A stretch of 64,000 nucleotides of DNA. Source: Alphaproteobacteria bacterium (GTDB lineage: Bacteria > Pseudomonadota > Alphaproteobacteria > CALKHQ01). The stretch spans positions 1,568,001 through 1,632,000 of the forward strand of contig CBDDFZ010000001.1 of the NCBI GenBank assembly GCA_965227515.1, written 5' to 3'. Made by a program: the position numbers and the translations under genes. The notes beneath the pieces were generated by a model. That model ran no database searches, had not been told where the DNA came from, and was given only the letters and a program-made list of their open reading frames with translations. This document shows, piece by piece, positions 1 to 8,580 of the stretch. Position 1 is the first letter of the stretch. Each line of letters begins with the position of its first letter.

Positions 1-30
1 ACGGAGAGGAATCCTGAATCTCAACAGGCC

Positions 31-822
31 TTAGTTCACCGCGACCAGGTGGCCGCGCACCGCGCCCCAATTGGTGTCCGCCTCCAGGCGCACCGGGATC
101 ATCGGCCCGCCGGGCGATGCCGGTGCCAGATAGACCACGAACTCCTCCGGGCCGCGCCGGTCCGGCGGCGCCCGCCAGAAACCGGCCTCGCGCCGCACGC
201 CGATGGTGCAGCGCAGCCCATCGCCGCCATAGATGCCGTAGTCGCTTACCGGCAGGGCGGTCGCCTCCGACGAGTTCACCTGAATGGTGTAGAGCCGCCG
301 ACCGTCGAAGATGCGCTGGTCGGTGCCGCATGTGCCGGTCTGGGCCGCCAGGTCGGTCGCCGCCAGCACGGCCGTGAACGGGTCGATGGTGTCGGCCCGC
401 GCCGAGGGCGAGACCGGGTCGCGGTCGTCGTATTCCGGCTCGGGGTCGATCACCACGTCGCTGACGCGCGCGTTCTCATAGAGCACGTCGACCGTGCGGT
501 CGTCGCCGTTGAACCGGCTGAAGGTGAAGTACCGCTGCGGCTGCAGGCCCTGGGGCATGTCCAGACCCTCGGCGGTGGCCTGGGTCTTCATCTCCACCAG
601 CGCGGCGAACAGCCCGATCACCTCCGCCTCGACCTGGAAGGCGTATGCACCGTTCGATCGGTCGATGGCGACATCGACCACGCTCATGTGGCTGCCGCCC
701 ATGTAGACGTCGTAGCGCAACCGATAGCTCTCTTGCCCCTCGGCCATGGCCGGCAGTGCAAGCCCGCCAGCCATGCCCAGAACTGCCAAGCCCAAAACAA
801 CGTGCCGTGTCCGGATTGTCAT
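31..822 (-). CDS. DUF3108-domain exported protein
   Basis: Signal peptide from ATG 822 (MTIRTRHVVLGLAVLG); 'TIDPFTA..C...IFDGRRLY' and C-terminal 'IPVRLEADTNWG' motifs typical of DUF3108. Confidence 0.75.
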   Translation of the reverse strand: MTIRTRHVVLGLAVLGMAGGLALPAMAEGQESYRLRYDVYMGGSHMSVVDVAIDRSNGAYAFQVEAEVIGLFAALVEMKTQATAEGLDMPQGLQPQRYFTFSRFNGDDRTVDVLYENARVSDVVIDPEPEYDDRDPVSPSARADTIDPFTAVLAATDLAAQTGTCGTDQRIFDGRRLYTIQVNSSEATALPVSDYGIYGGDGLRCTIGVRREAGFWRAPPDRRGPEEFVVYLAPASPGGPMIPVRLEADTNWGAVRGHLVAVN

Positions 823-1053
823 GCCGTTCGCCTCCTTGCGCTCTGGCCTGCTGCTGTGACACCCGTCGTGCCATTCGTGCAGGCCCGTCACCGACGCCTT
901 GACTTCGCGGCTACCGGGTCTTTATATCCCGGCCTTCGCCAACGTCGGCCATCACGTCTCGGTAACCGCGACTTTGTCTGGTTACGAAGCGGCCGGCACT
1001 CTGGTTCAGTGCCACATGCTGAAACCGGAGTCCCGAAAGGCGCCGTCTGTGAC

Positions 1054-1128
1054 GGGCCGTTAGCTCAGCGGGAGAGCGCTCGCCTCACACGCGAGAGGTC
1101 GCTGGTTCAATCCCAGCACGGCCCACCA
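1054..1128 (+). tRNA. tRNA-Val (CAC)
   Basis: GGGCCGT/ACGGCCC acceptor stem, TAGCTCAG D arm, anticodon arm CTCGC-CTCACAC-GCGAG, GGTTCAATCC T loop, encoded CCA. Confidence 0.97.
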
Positions 1129-1130
1129 CG

Positions 1131-1220
1131 CTTCGCACTTCGTGCTTCGGCTCGGCAAGCCGAGACGAAGCCGATAGGAGAAGGCTGTCGCGCCGAAGTT
1201 CAGAAGGAACGTAGGCGGAC
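1131..1220. repeat. Imperfect palindromic doublet (CTTCG...CGAAG type) between tRNA-Val and GIY-YIG gene
   Basis: CTTCGCACTTCGTGCTTCGGCTCGGCAAGCC partly complementary to GGCTGTCGCGCCGAAG downstream. Confidence 0.45.
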
Positions 1221-1287
1221 GTCTGGCGGTCGCGTCTCTCGATCATCTAATCTGTTTTCTTGTTGGCCTTCGATCATCTGGTTGGAT

Positions 1288-1527
1288 TTGATCTACGTTT
1301 ACATTTTGCAGAGCCTGTCAAACTCGGATCGGTACTATGTCGGTCTGACAGGGGATTTGAAATCGCGACTCAAAATGCACAACGCGGGGGAGGTCGTGCA
1401 CACGGCCAAATTCCTGCCATGGACAGTGAAGACCTACGTAGCGTTCTCTGATCGCGAACGTGCCGTTGCCTTCGAGAGGTATCTCAAGACAGCGTCCGGG
1501 CGAGCATTTGCCAAGAAACGCCTGTGA
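1288..1527 (+). CDS. Small GIY-YIG nuclease (UPF0213-like)
   Basis: YVYILQS..DRYYVGLT.DL..RL..HN...T....PW.....AF....A..FE.YLK..SGR; probable TTG start. Confidence 0.88.
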   Translation: MIYVYILQSLSNSDRYYVGLTGDLKSRLKMHNAGEVVHTAKFLPWTVKTYVAFSDRERAVAFERYLKTASGRAFAKKRL

Positions 1528-1686
1528 CGCGACTTGGATAACCAGAGCCACCCACTCCTCCGCTGTGAACCAACGCCACCTTCATTTCGGCGTATTTGCG
1601 TGTAGGCTAAACGCCTTGCCGCCGGGGCCAGCCGCAAGGCGACCGGGCGGTTGACGTTCCACCGCCGCGCCAGATACGACATCTGC

Positions 1687-3204
1687 ATGATCCACATTCC
1701 GCTACGTTTCGCGGCCGTTCTGCCGCTGCTGCTGCTGTTGGCCCAGGCAGCCGGTGTGCTGCCCGCGCAGGCGCAATCGGCGGCTGCGGAGTCCTGGACC
1801 GTCGAGGTTTCGGCACAGGCCAACATCTTCGGCGCCGGTCAGCCGGTGCCGCCCGACCCGGGTGACGGCAGCGGCGGCCTCGCGCCGCCGTCGATCGCGT
1901 TTCCGGCCGGGCCGGGCAATGTGTTTCGGTTCGACGCGTCCGGCGCCACCGGCTGCTGCGGGGTCGATTATCAGCCGACCCTGCCGCCCGACGGCGGAGA
2001 CGGCTGCTGCGGTGGCGGCACCGCGATCTCCGGCAGCGGCGGTATCGCCGGCATCTCCGGCAACAGCCAGATGCCGCTGGTTGGCGTGTTCTTGGGTGAC
2101 GGGACTCCGCCGGCCACGGCGCCCGCGCCTTTGCCGGCGTTCGATCACGTCGCGGCGCCGGCAGAACTGTCGCCCGCGCTCGGCCAGCCGTTCTTCATCG
2201 GCGATGGCCGCACAGGCAATGGGTCCGGGGATGTGCAGGCGATCACGGCGCCGGAAGGTGCGACCCATCTCTACCTGGGGTTTGCCGACGCCGGCGGGTT
2301 CAGCGGCGCACCCGGCGCCTATACCGACAACCCGGGCGGCCTGACCGTGCGGGTCACCATGACCGTCGAGCCTGACGGCCTGACCGCACGCGCGCCGGCC
2401 ACGCTGACATTCACCGGCCAGGGCGACGACGACATGACCGCCTACGCGGCGGCACTGAGTTTCGTCGGCCAGAGCGACGAGGGCATCACCGCCTATGCCG
2501 ACGGCCTGAGTTTCGTCGGCCAGAACCAGGACATTCGGGTGGTGGTCGAGCAGGCGTTGGTCTTCACCGGCCAGAGCGACGAAGCCTTGGTGGCCCGGGC
2601 CCCCGCGCCGCTGACCTTCGTCGGCCAGAGCGAGGACACGATCCTGGCCTATGCCGGCGGTGTCGACTTCGTGGGGCAGGGGCAGGAAACCCTTGTCGCC
2701 TATGCCGGCCCGCTCAGCTTCGAGGGCCAGACGCCGGGGCCGGTCATCACCCAGACCGTGCAGCTCTTTGAAAACGTGCCGGACGCCTGGTCGGAGACCT
2801 TTCGCGCCAACACCGATCCGCGGTTTTCCATCGACACGACGGACTGGGACACCACGCCTTATCGCCTGACCTCCAGCTTCCAGGGCGTCATCGTGGTGCC
2901 GCCCAATGCGCGTGTGACCCTGGCGGGCGACAGCCTGGGGAGCGCGAGTTTCAGGATTGACAACTTCATCGCGCTTGAAATCGGCGACGGGCCCGCCGTG
3001 GTCCTGGGTGCCGTGGCGCCGGTAACCTTTGACGGCCAGGTGCTGGAGCGAATTGCCGGGGGCTACAACCATGCGGCCGGCAGCATCGACCTGACACCGT
3101 ATTTCGAGCCCGGTGTGCCCACGCAACTCATCGCCCATGCGTTCGACTATGGTGGCACGGGGTATGTCAGCGACGTTTTCCTCGTCATCGAGACGAGGCA
3201 GTGA
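1687..3204 (+). CDS. Secreted multi-domain protein with central ~17-aa tandem repeats
   Basis: Signal peptide ending AQA; Gly-rich N-terminal domain with two CC pairs; seven 'L-x-F-x-GQ' repeats; beta-rich C-terminal domain. Confidence 0.75.
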   Translation: MIHIPLRFAAVLPLLLLLAQAAGVLPAQAQSAAAESWTVEVSAQANIFGAGQPVPPDPGDGSGGLAPPSIAFPAGPGNVFRFDASGATGCCGVDYQPTLPPDGGDGCCGGGTAISGSGGIAGISGNSQMPLVGVFLGDGTPPATAPAPLPAFDHVAAPAELSPALGQPFFIGDGRTGNGSGDVQAITAPEGATHLYLGFADAGGFSGAPGAYTDNPGGLTVRVTMTVEPDGLTARAPATLTFTGQGDDDMTAYAAALSFVGQSDEGITAYADGLSFVGQNQDIRVVVEQALVFTGQSDEALVARAPAPLTFVGQSEDTILAYAGGVDFVGQGQETLVAYAGPLSFEGQTPGPVITQTVQLFENVPDAWSETFRANTDPRFSIDTTDWDTTPYRLTSSFQGVIVVPPNARVTLAGDSLGSASFRIDNFIALEIGDGPAVVLGAVAPVTFDGQVLERIAGGYNHAAGSIDLTPYFEPGVPTQLIAHAFDYGGTGYVSDVFLVIETRQ

Positions 3205-3256
3205 TCCGGTTCCGCAATCCGGGGCCACCAAGCACAAGACCGAACGGGAGTTTGAT

Positions 3257-3703
3257 ATGAAGGCAACAATCGCAGCCGTTCTGGCAGGCCTCGTGGGGCT
3301 GTCGGGGTTGGGCGCAACGGCGGCCCAGGCCGAGGACTTCACCATCATCGTGCCGGTCGAGGTCAGCAACCTGCCCGAGGGCGCCCAGCCGCAGGTTGAG
3401 TGCTATGTCTTTGCCGAGGATCGGAGCAACATCCTGGGCATCGGCGAAGCGGCGGTGCCGGGCGGTGCGGCGGACTTTTCCGGCACGGTGACGGTCGCGT
3501 TCGACCTGTTCGAGGGCACAGACACCGTCGTACCGTCCGACGCGACGGGCTATTCCTGCCACTTGATGGTGCATCCGGACGCCGACCATGCCGCGCTGTC
3601 GTGGGCGCGGTGCGAGGAAGTGGGCCGCGATCCGCGCAACGAGCCGTTGATCTGCGGTGCCCGCGGCGCGCCGGTGGTCGGCCTGGTCGAAGGGACGTTC
3701 TGA
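3257..3703 (+). CDS. Secreted hypothetical protein
   Basis: GGGAG RBS, signal peptide MKATIAAVLAG..AAQA, four Cys. Confidence 0.75.
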   Translation: MKATIAAVLAGLVGLSGLGATAAQAEDFTIIVPVEVSNLPEGAQPQVECYVFAEDRSNILGIGEAAVPGGAADFSGTVTVAFDLFEGTDTVVPSDATGYSCHLMVHPDADHAALSWARCEEVGRDPRNEPLICGARGAPVVGLVEGTF

Positions 3704-3787
3704 TCCGGCGCCTCAAGGCGCCACAGTCGACCGGCCGTTCGCCTTAAGCCGATCTTCAGCTAGTCCGGGCTACACGCATCCGTTGCA

Positions 3788-4975
3788 ATGTATGAACGCG
3801 GAGCGTGGCGAATGTTTCTTTACATGTTCATGGTGCGGCGTGGCTGGCCCAGAACCTATCTGGGCAAGATCCTGCTGGTCAGCTTCATCGGTGTGCACAT
3901 CCCGATGATTGGCGCGGTGGCCTTCGCGCTGCTGCTCAGCGACGTGCCGATGGCCGACCAGTGGCCGATACTGGTCGCCCTGTTGGCCGCGACGCTGGTC
4001 GGCACCGTGGCGACGATGCTGTCCCTGGGCGCGCTGCTATCGCCGATGCGGCGCGCGACCCATGCGATCAACGCCTATCTCCGCGAGAAAAAGACGCCGC
4101 GCCTGCCGTCGCAGATCAAGGACGAGGCCGGCGTGCTGATGGCCAGCATCCAGGAAGGCATCACGCGGCTGGATGCCGCCCTGACCACGGCCGAGCTGCA
4201 CCGCGACGAGATGAAGGACGGCCACGCCCAGAAGTTCCAGGTCATCTCTGGCATGAGCCACGATATTCGCACGCCGCTCAACCACATCCTGGGATTCGCC
4301 ACCATGATGAAGGCGGAGGCGATGGGGCCGCTGGGCCAGGACTGCTACCGCCAATATGCCTCCACCATCGACGAGTCCGGCCGCGAGCTGCTGGACACGC
4401 TGCAATCGGTCCTCGATCTCAGCCAGGCGGAATCGGCGCCGTTCCGTGCCGACGAACTCGCCCATGTCGATCTGGCCGAGGTGGCCGACGAAGCCATCGG
4501 GCTGGAGCACCTGAACGCCGAGACCAAGGGCGTATCGGTGCGCCAGGCCGGCGCGCCGGTGGCCGAGGCGCATTCCGATCGCGCAACCGTCAAGCAGTCC
4601 ATCAGCGTCATGCTGCAGGTCGCCATCGATACCTCGATGGCGGGCGACACCGTTGAGATCGCGCTTGGCTGCAGGCCGAATGGCGGTGGGGCGGAAGTCC
4701 AGGTGACCGATGCGGGCCGTCACTTCTGGCTAGAGGACGTGCCGCCGGAGATGCGCGGCCGAATCGCCGGCCTGAAGCCCTATGCGGCGTCGGGCACGGC
4801 GGAGGATGGCGGCATCGTGTCGACGTCGCGCACCGCGGTACGGCTCTCGTTGCTGGCGACACTGGCACAGTTGGTTGGTGCCAGCCTCGACATCCGCCAT
4901 CGCGACGGCGTTGGCAAGGTGGTGTCGCTGACGCTGCCGGAGTCGAGGTCCGGGGCGTTGAAGGCTGCCGCCTAA
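3788..4975 (+). CDS. Membrane HAMP-HisKA histidine kinase-like protein with degenerate ATPase domain
   Basis: Two TM helices, HAMP, H-box MSHDIRTPLNHILGF; N, G1 and G2 boxes eroded. Confidence 0.8.
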   Translation: MYERGAWRMFLYMFMVRRGWPRTYLGKILLVSFIGVHIPMIGAVAFALLLSDVPMADQWPILVALLAATLVGTVATMLSLGALLSPMRRATHAINAYLREKKTPRLPSQIKDEAGVLMASIQEGITRLDAALTTAELHRDEMKDGHAQKFQVISGMSHDIRTPLNHILGFATMMKAEAMGPLGQDCYRQYASTIDESGRELLDTLQSVLDLSQAESAPFRADELAHVDLAEVADEAIGLEHLNAETKGVSVRQAGAPVAEAHSDRATVKQSISVMLQVAIDTSMAGDTVEIALGCRPNGGGAEVQVTDAGRHFWLEDVPPEMRGRIAGLKPYAASGTAEDGGIVSTSRTAVRLSLLATLAQLVGASLDIRHRDGVGKVVSLTLPESRSGALKAAA

Positions 4976-5024
4976 GCGGCGTCAGTCCCGGGTGCTGGCA
5001 GGCGGCAGGTCGGCTGTCCCGGCG

Positions 5025-5959
5025 CGCGCCGCCAGTTGCCAGCGGCAGGCCTCGAAATGGTAGCTGGCGCGAAAAAACGCCCGTGACCGACTCGGCGAAT
5101 CTCGGGTCGGTAGCATAGCTCGCCTAATACCCCACGCCCTCTCACCTCCGACATTGGACACGGCCCGAGCCATCGTCAAACTTTATTATGGAGAAAAACC
5201 AATACCCCTGATATACTTTTGCGTGTAAATCATAGTGTGGGGCGTGGGCCAATGGGGAAAGTGATATTATGTCTATTCCTGCTCGCAGGATGTTCGTTCA
5301 AGGGCCAAGCCAGTGCAACAGCTGGCGCCGCGGCTGAGGTTCTACCCCAGCGTGCCATTCCGGCGACTGCCAGTGTGTATCTGTCGTCGGAGTTGTCCGG
5401 TCTATCCCGGACAGTCTCCCCCTCCTATGTGTGCGGAGCGCATGCCTACCCACTGAGCCTCGGGGCTGCGATCCAAACCAGCATCATCACCACGAATGAA
5501 GCCGCGTTCGATGCGGTAGTCTCCGGCAAGGCTGCGACGTCACCGGAACCCGGAGCCTTGCGACACATTGCGTTTGACCTAGAGCAGATGAGCGCGCGGC
5601 TGGAGTTCTCGCCGGGTTTCTTCACGGCGAACGCACAGGCCAATGTCGACTTGATTATGGGAGTTAGCGTGTACGATGCTGCTGGCACGCAGATCTTGCG
5701 CGCCGTGGTGCAGGGCAACGGCTTTGCGGAGCAACAGGGTGATTGTCCGAGCGGCTCATCAGTACTGGGTCGTGCGGCAACAACTGCGATTGAGCGTGCG
5801 TTGGAGGAGTACGTCTTCAAAGTGATCAATGCAGATCAAATCGGCCTAACTGAGGACGAGCTTGCTATCGGTAGCTAAGCGCACCAAGCACCGGTGGCTT
5901 TGGGCAATGGCTCGGCTGGTTACCCCATTCCCTTTCGCGCCGCCAGTTGCCAGCGGCAG
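5025..5959. mobile_element. Small insertion bounded by a 24-bp direct repeat in the 3' end of the aquaporin gene
   Basis: CGCGCCGCCAGTTGCCAGCGGCAG occurs at 5025-5048 and 5936-5959; the interior is visibly lower GC. Confidence 0.75.
5252..5878 (+). CDS. Hypothetical lipoprotein
   Basis: Lipobox LLAG-C after ATG 5252; atypical codon usage. Confidence 0.7.
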   Translation: MGKVILCLFLLAGCSFKGQASATAGAAAEVLPQRAIPATASVYLSSELSGLSRTVSPSYVCGAHAYPLSLGAAIQTSIITTNEAAFDAVVSGKAATSPEPGALRHIAFDLEQMSARLEFSPGFFTANAQANVDLIMGVSVYDAAGTQILRAVVQGNGFAEQQGDCPSGSSVLGRAATTAIERALEEYVFKVINADQIGLTEDELAIGS

Positions 5960-6597
5960 AACCCCAGCGCGGCCGCGGCGCCGACAAGCTGGGCGACGAT
6001 GAACAGCGGCATGTGCGCCGGGTCGATGCCGGCGAAAGTGTCGGAGAAGCTGCGCGCGATGGTGACTGCCGGGTTGGCGAACGAGGTCGACGCGGTGAAC
6101 CAGTAGGCGGCGGTGATGTAGAGCCCCACCGCCATCGCGACCGCCTGCGGGCGCGCCTTCAGGGTCAGCAGGATGGTGGCGACGAGGCCGAATGTGGCGA
6201 TGCCTTCCGCGAACCATTGCGCGCCGCCGGTGCGTTCCTTCAGCGAGAACTGGACCACCGCTTCCTCGAACATCAGGTGGGCGGCTGCCACCCCGGCCAG
6301 CCCGCCGATGACCTGCGCCACCACATAGGCGCCGCTCTCGCCGACGCCGATATCGCGTTTGAGTGCGAATACCATGGTCACGGCCGGGTTGAAGTGCGCG
6401 CCGGAGATCGGCCCCAGCATGGTGATCAGCACCACCAGGATCGCACCGGTCGGGATGGTATTGCCCAGCAACGCGATGGCGACGTTTCCGTCCGCCAGCC
6501 GCTCGGCCATGATGCCGGACCCGACCACGGTGGCGAGCAGGAACGCGGTGCCGACCGCTTCCGCGCCCAGCCGCTGTGCGAAAGATGCGGCAGTCAC
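5920..6597 (-). CDS. aqpS: Arsenic-associated aquaporin (MIP family, AqpS-like)
   Basis: ISGAHFNPAVT and STSFANPAVT NPA motifs; GTG start overlaps arsC stop; located in ars operon. Confidence 0.88.
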   Translation of the reverse strand: MTAASFAQRLGAEAVGTAFLLATVVGSGIMAERLADGNVAIALLGNTIPTGAILVVLITMLGPISGAHFNPAVTMVFALKRDIGVGESGAYVVAQVIGGLAGVAAAHLMFEEAVVQFSLKERTGGAQWFAEGIATFGLVATILLTLKARPQAVAMAVGLYITAAYWFTASTSFANPAVTIARSFSDTFAGIDPAHMPLFIVAQLVGAAAALGFCRWQLAARKGMG

Positions 6598-7112
6598 GCG
6601 GCCTGCGTTCCGTCGTCGTCGGGCGCGCCGATCCTGTCCAACCGCTTCTGCAGGGCGAGCTTGTCGATGCTGGCCAGCGGCAGGTTCACGAAGATCGAGA
6701 TCCGGCTGTTGAGCATGCGATAGGCCTCGGAGTACGCGAACGCGATCTCCGCCTCGCTGCCTTCCGCCGCCGCCGGATCCGGCACGCCCCAGTGCGCCGT
6801 CATCGGCTGGCCGGGCCAGACCGGGCACATCTCCGCCGCCGCGCTGTCGCAGACCGTGAACACGAAGTCCATCTGCGGCGCGTCCGGCCCGGCGAACTCT
6901 CCCCAGTTCTTGGATCGGGCGAAGCTGACGTCGTGGTTCAGGCTCTTCAGCAGGGCCAGCGCATGGGGCTTGACGCTGCCCGAAGGATGGGAGCCGGCCG
7001 AGAAGGCCTGGAACCTGCCCATGCCCTCGCGGCGCAAGATCGCCTCCGCCATGATCGAACGGGCCGAGTTGCCCGTGCACAGGAACAGCACATTGAAGAT
7101 GCGGTCCGCCAT
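6594..7112 (-). CDS. arsC: Arsenate reductase, LMW-PTP/thioredoxin type
   Basis: NVLFLCTGNSARS active site; TVCD..A.E.CPVWPG..HWGVPDP. Confidence 0.93.
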   Translation of the reverse strand: MADRIFNVLFLCTGNSARSIMAEAILRREGMGRFQAFSAGSHPSGSVKPHALALLKSLNHDVSFARSKNWGEFAGPDAPQMDFVFTVCDSAAAEMCPVWPGQPMTAHWGVPDPAAAEGSEAEIAFAYSEAYRMLNSRISIFVNLPLASIDKLALQKRLDRIGAPDDDGTQAA

Positions 7113-7125
7113 CGGAAATCCCTCG

Positions 7126-7455
7126 CTATCCGCAGGTCACCATTTCGATTACCGGCTGGCACAATTCGGGTGTGCCGCCGCAGCAGTCCTCCATCAGGTA
7201 GCCAAGCAGTCCGCGCAGGCCCTCGACATCGGCGAAATAGCGTATCGACCGCCCCTCGCGCCGGTTGCGCACCAGCCCCGCGCCCAGCAGCACCGACAGG
7301 TTGGTCGACATGGTGTTCTGGCGCACGCCCATGCGCTCGCCGATCTCGCCGGCCGCCATGCCCGCCGGACCCGCCTGCAGCAACAGGCGCAGCGCATCCA
7401 GCCTGGTTTCCTGGCTCAGGGCCGCGAAGGCCTCCAGCACCGTTGTCTTATCCAT
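7126..7455 (-). CDS. arsR: ArsR/SmtB repressor (C-terminal CC type)
   Basis: ALSQETRL..LRLL, HTH, REGRSIRY, EDCCGG...C. Confidence 0.92.
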   Translation of the reverse strand: MDKTTVLEAFAALSQETRLDALRLLLQAGPAGMAAGEIGERMGVRQNTMSTNLSVLLGAGLVRNRREGRSIRYFADVEGLRGLLGYLMEDCCGGTPELCQPVIEMVTCG

Positions 7456-7476
7456 ATATCATGAATAGTAGATATA
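7455..7476. promoter_or_regulatory. Probable ArsR operator
   Basis: Inverted repeat TATATC-N10-GATATA abutting the arsR start codon. Confidence 0.6.
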
Positions 7477-7544
7477 AAAGGCAATGTCCAGTGGTCGACA
7501 TGGCCGGTGGTCATGCCGCGACCGCGGTGCAGGTTTGGCCGGTC

Positions 7545-8306
7545 TCAGTCGTCGCGGTGGGGCAGGGCAGTGTTCAGCATCAGCATCTCCTGGCCGCGGA
7601 ACAGGCCGGCCACGGTATCGTTACTGGCGCCGCGCAACTGGTCGAACATCTCGCGGAAGGGTGCCGACGACAGATAGGTCAACGCGTCGGCATTGCTGTC
7701 GAACCACAACTCCAGGTTCCAATCGTACGAGGTCTGCCCCTCGGCGGGCAGGGTGGAGACGTAGCCGACCGGAATGGTCTTGCCGACGGTGGTGCCGAAG
7801 ATGTGCTCGCGGACCAGCGGGTGCAGACCCAAATCGGCGAAGCGCTGTGCGTACCAGTCCTTGATCGCGGCAGCGCCGTCATTGGCCATGCCGAAGGCGA
7901 TGAACTTGGAGATGGTGCCGTCCTCGCGGGCGCGATAGCCGCGGCGGAAGGTGCTGAACTGCGCCGGCTGCGACACCTCGAACTGCTTGTGGGTGGTCAG
8001 CGCGATGCCGGGCAGGGTGCCTGGGTCCAGGCCCATGTGCGCCATGCCGTCGCCCAGCAGCGCATAGCCGGTGGAGTGCACCCAGCAGGCGCAGGCGTCT
8101 TCCCAGGTTTCCCAATATTCTTGTGCCACGCGGAAGAACTCGCCGTGCGCGGCCTCCGGCTGTTCGGCGACCCGCCGATTGATCGAATAGCGGACGATCT
8201 TGTGCGCTACCTTCGCGAACTCGGTGTGGATGCCGAGGTACCACTTGTCGAACTTCTCCTCGCTCAGGTGGGCGGGCAACGTGATCAGCCAGTTGAAATT
8301 GATCAC
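7545..8306 (-). CDS. EthD-like (dimeric alpha-beta barrel) hypothetical protein
   Basis: 'EEKFDKWYLGIHTEFAK..IVRYSIN' EthD-like pattern with a second related half; GTG start after GAGGGAG. Confidence 0.6.
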   Translation of the reverse strand: MINFNWLITLPAHLSEEKFDKWYLGIHTEFAKVAHKIVRYSINRRVAEQPEAAHGEFFRVAQEYWETWEDACACWVHSTGYALLGDGMAHMGLDPGTLPGIALTTHKQFEVSQPAQFSTFRRGYRAREDGTISKFIAFGMANDGAAAIKDWYAQRFADLGLHPLVREHIFGTTVGKTIPVGYVSTLPAEGQTSYDWNLELWFDSNADALTYLSSAPFREMFDQLRGASNDTVAGLFRGQEMLMLNTALPHRDD

Positions 8307-8473
8307 CGGCAATTCTCCCTCATTCTCCAAGATTAAAGATCAAGACTTTTTTTCAAAGATGATGGCAGCCCGTAGCGGTGTCAACATGGCTGCGGCATGG
8401 GGCCTGGTCAGGGTCGGCTACCGGCATGTCGCCACCGCGAATTCGGCCGGCTGTCGACCGAGCGCCAGCCGTA

Positions 8474-8514
8474 TTGACACCCGCCGGACCACCCCTTAAC
8501 GTAAATATAAAGAT
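8474..8514 (+). promoter_or_regulatory. sigma70-like promoter with overlapping TAAAGA direct-repeat site
   Basis: TTGACA-N17-TAACGT followed by TAAATATAAAGA. Confidence 0.6.
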
Positions 8515-8580
8515 GTTTGTTCTTTGGGCCTGCAGGGGGTGCCGCAGGTTCGTTCAACCGCTCGGTTTCGGAGGCAATCT

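Noticed and set aside
49-1527. 492-aa ORF ending in a GIY-YIG domain
   Set aside because: It runs antisense to the DUF3108 gene and through the tRNA; only 1288-1527 is credible
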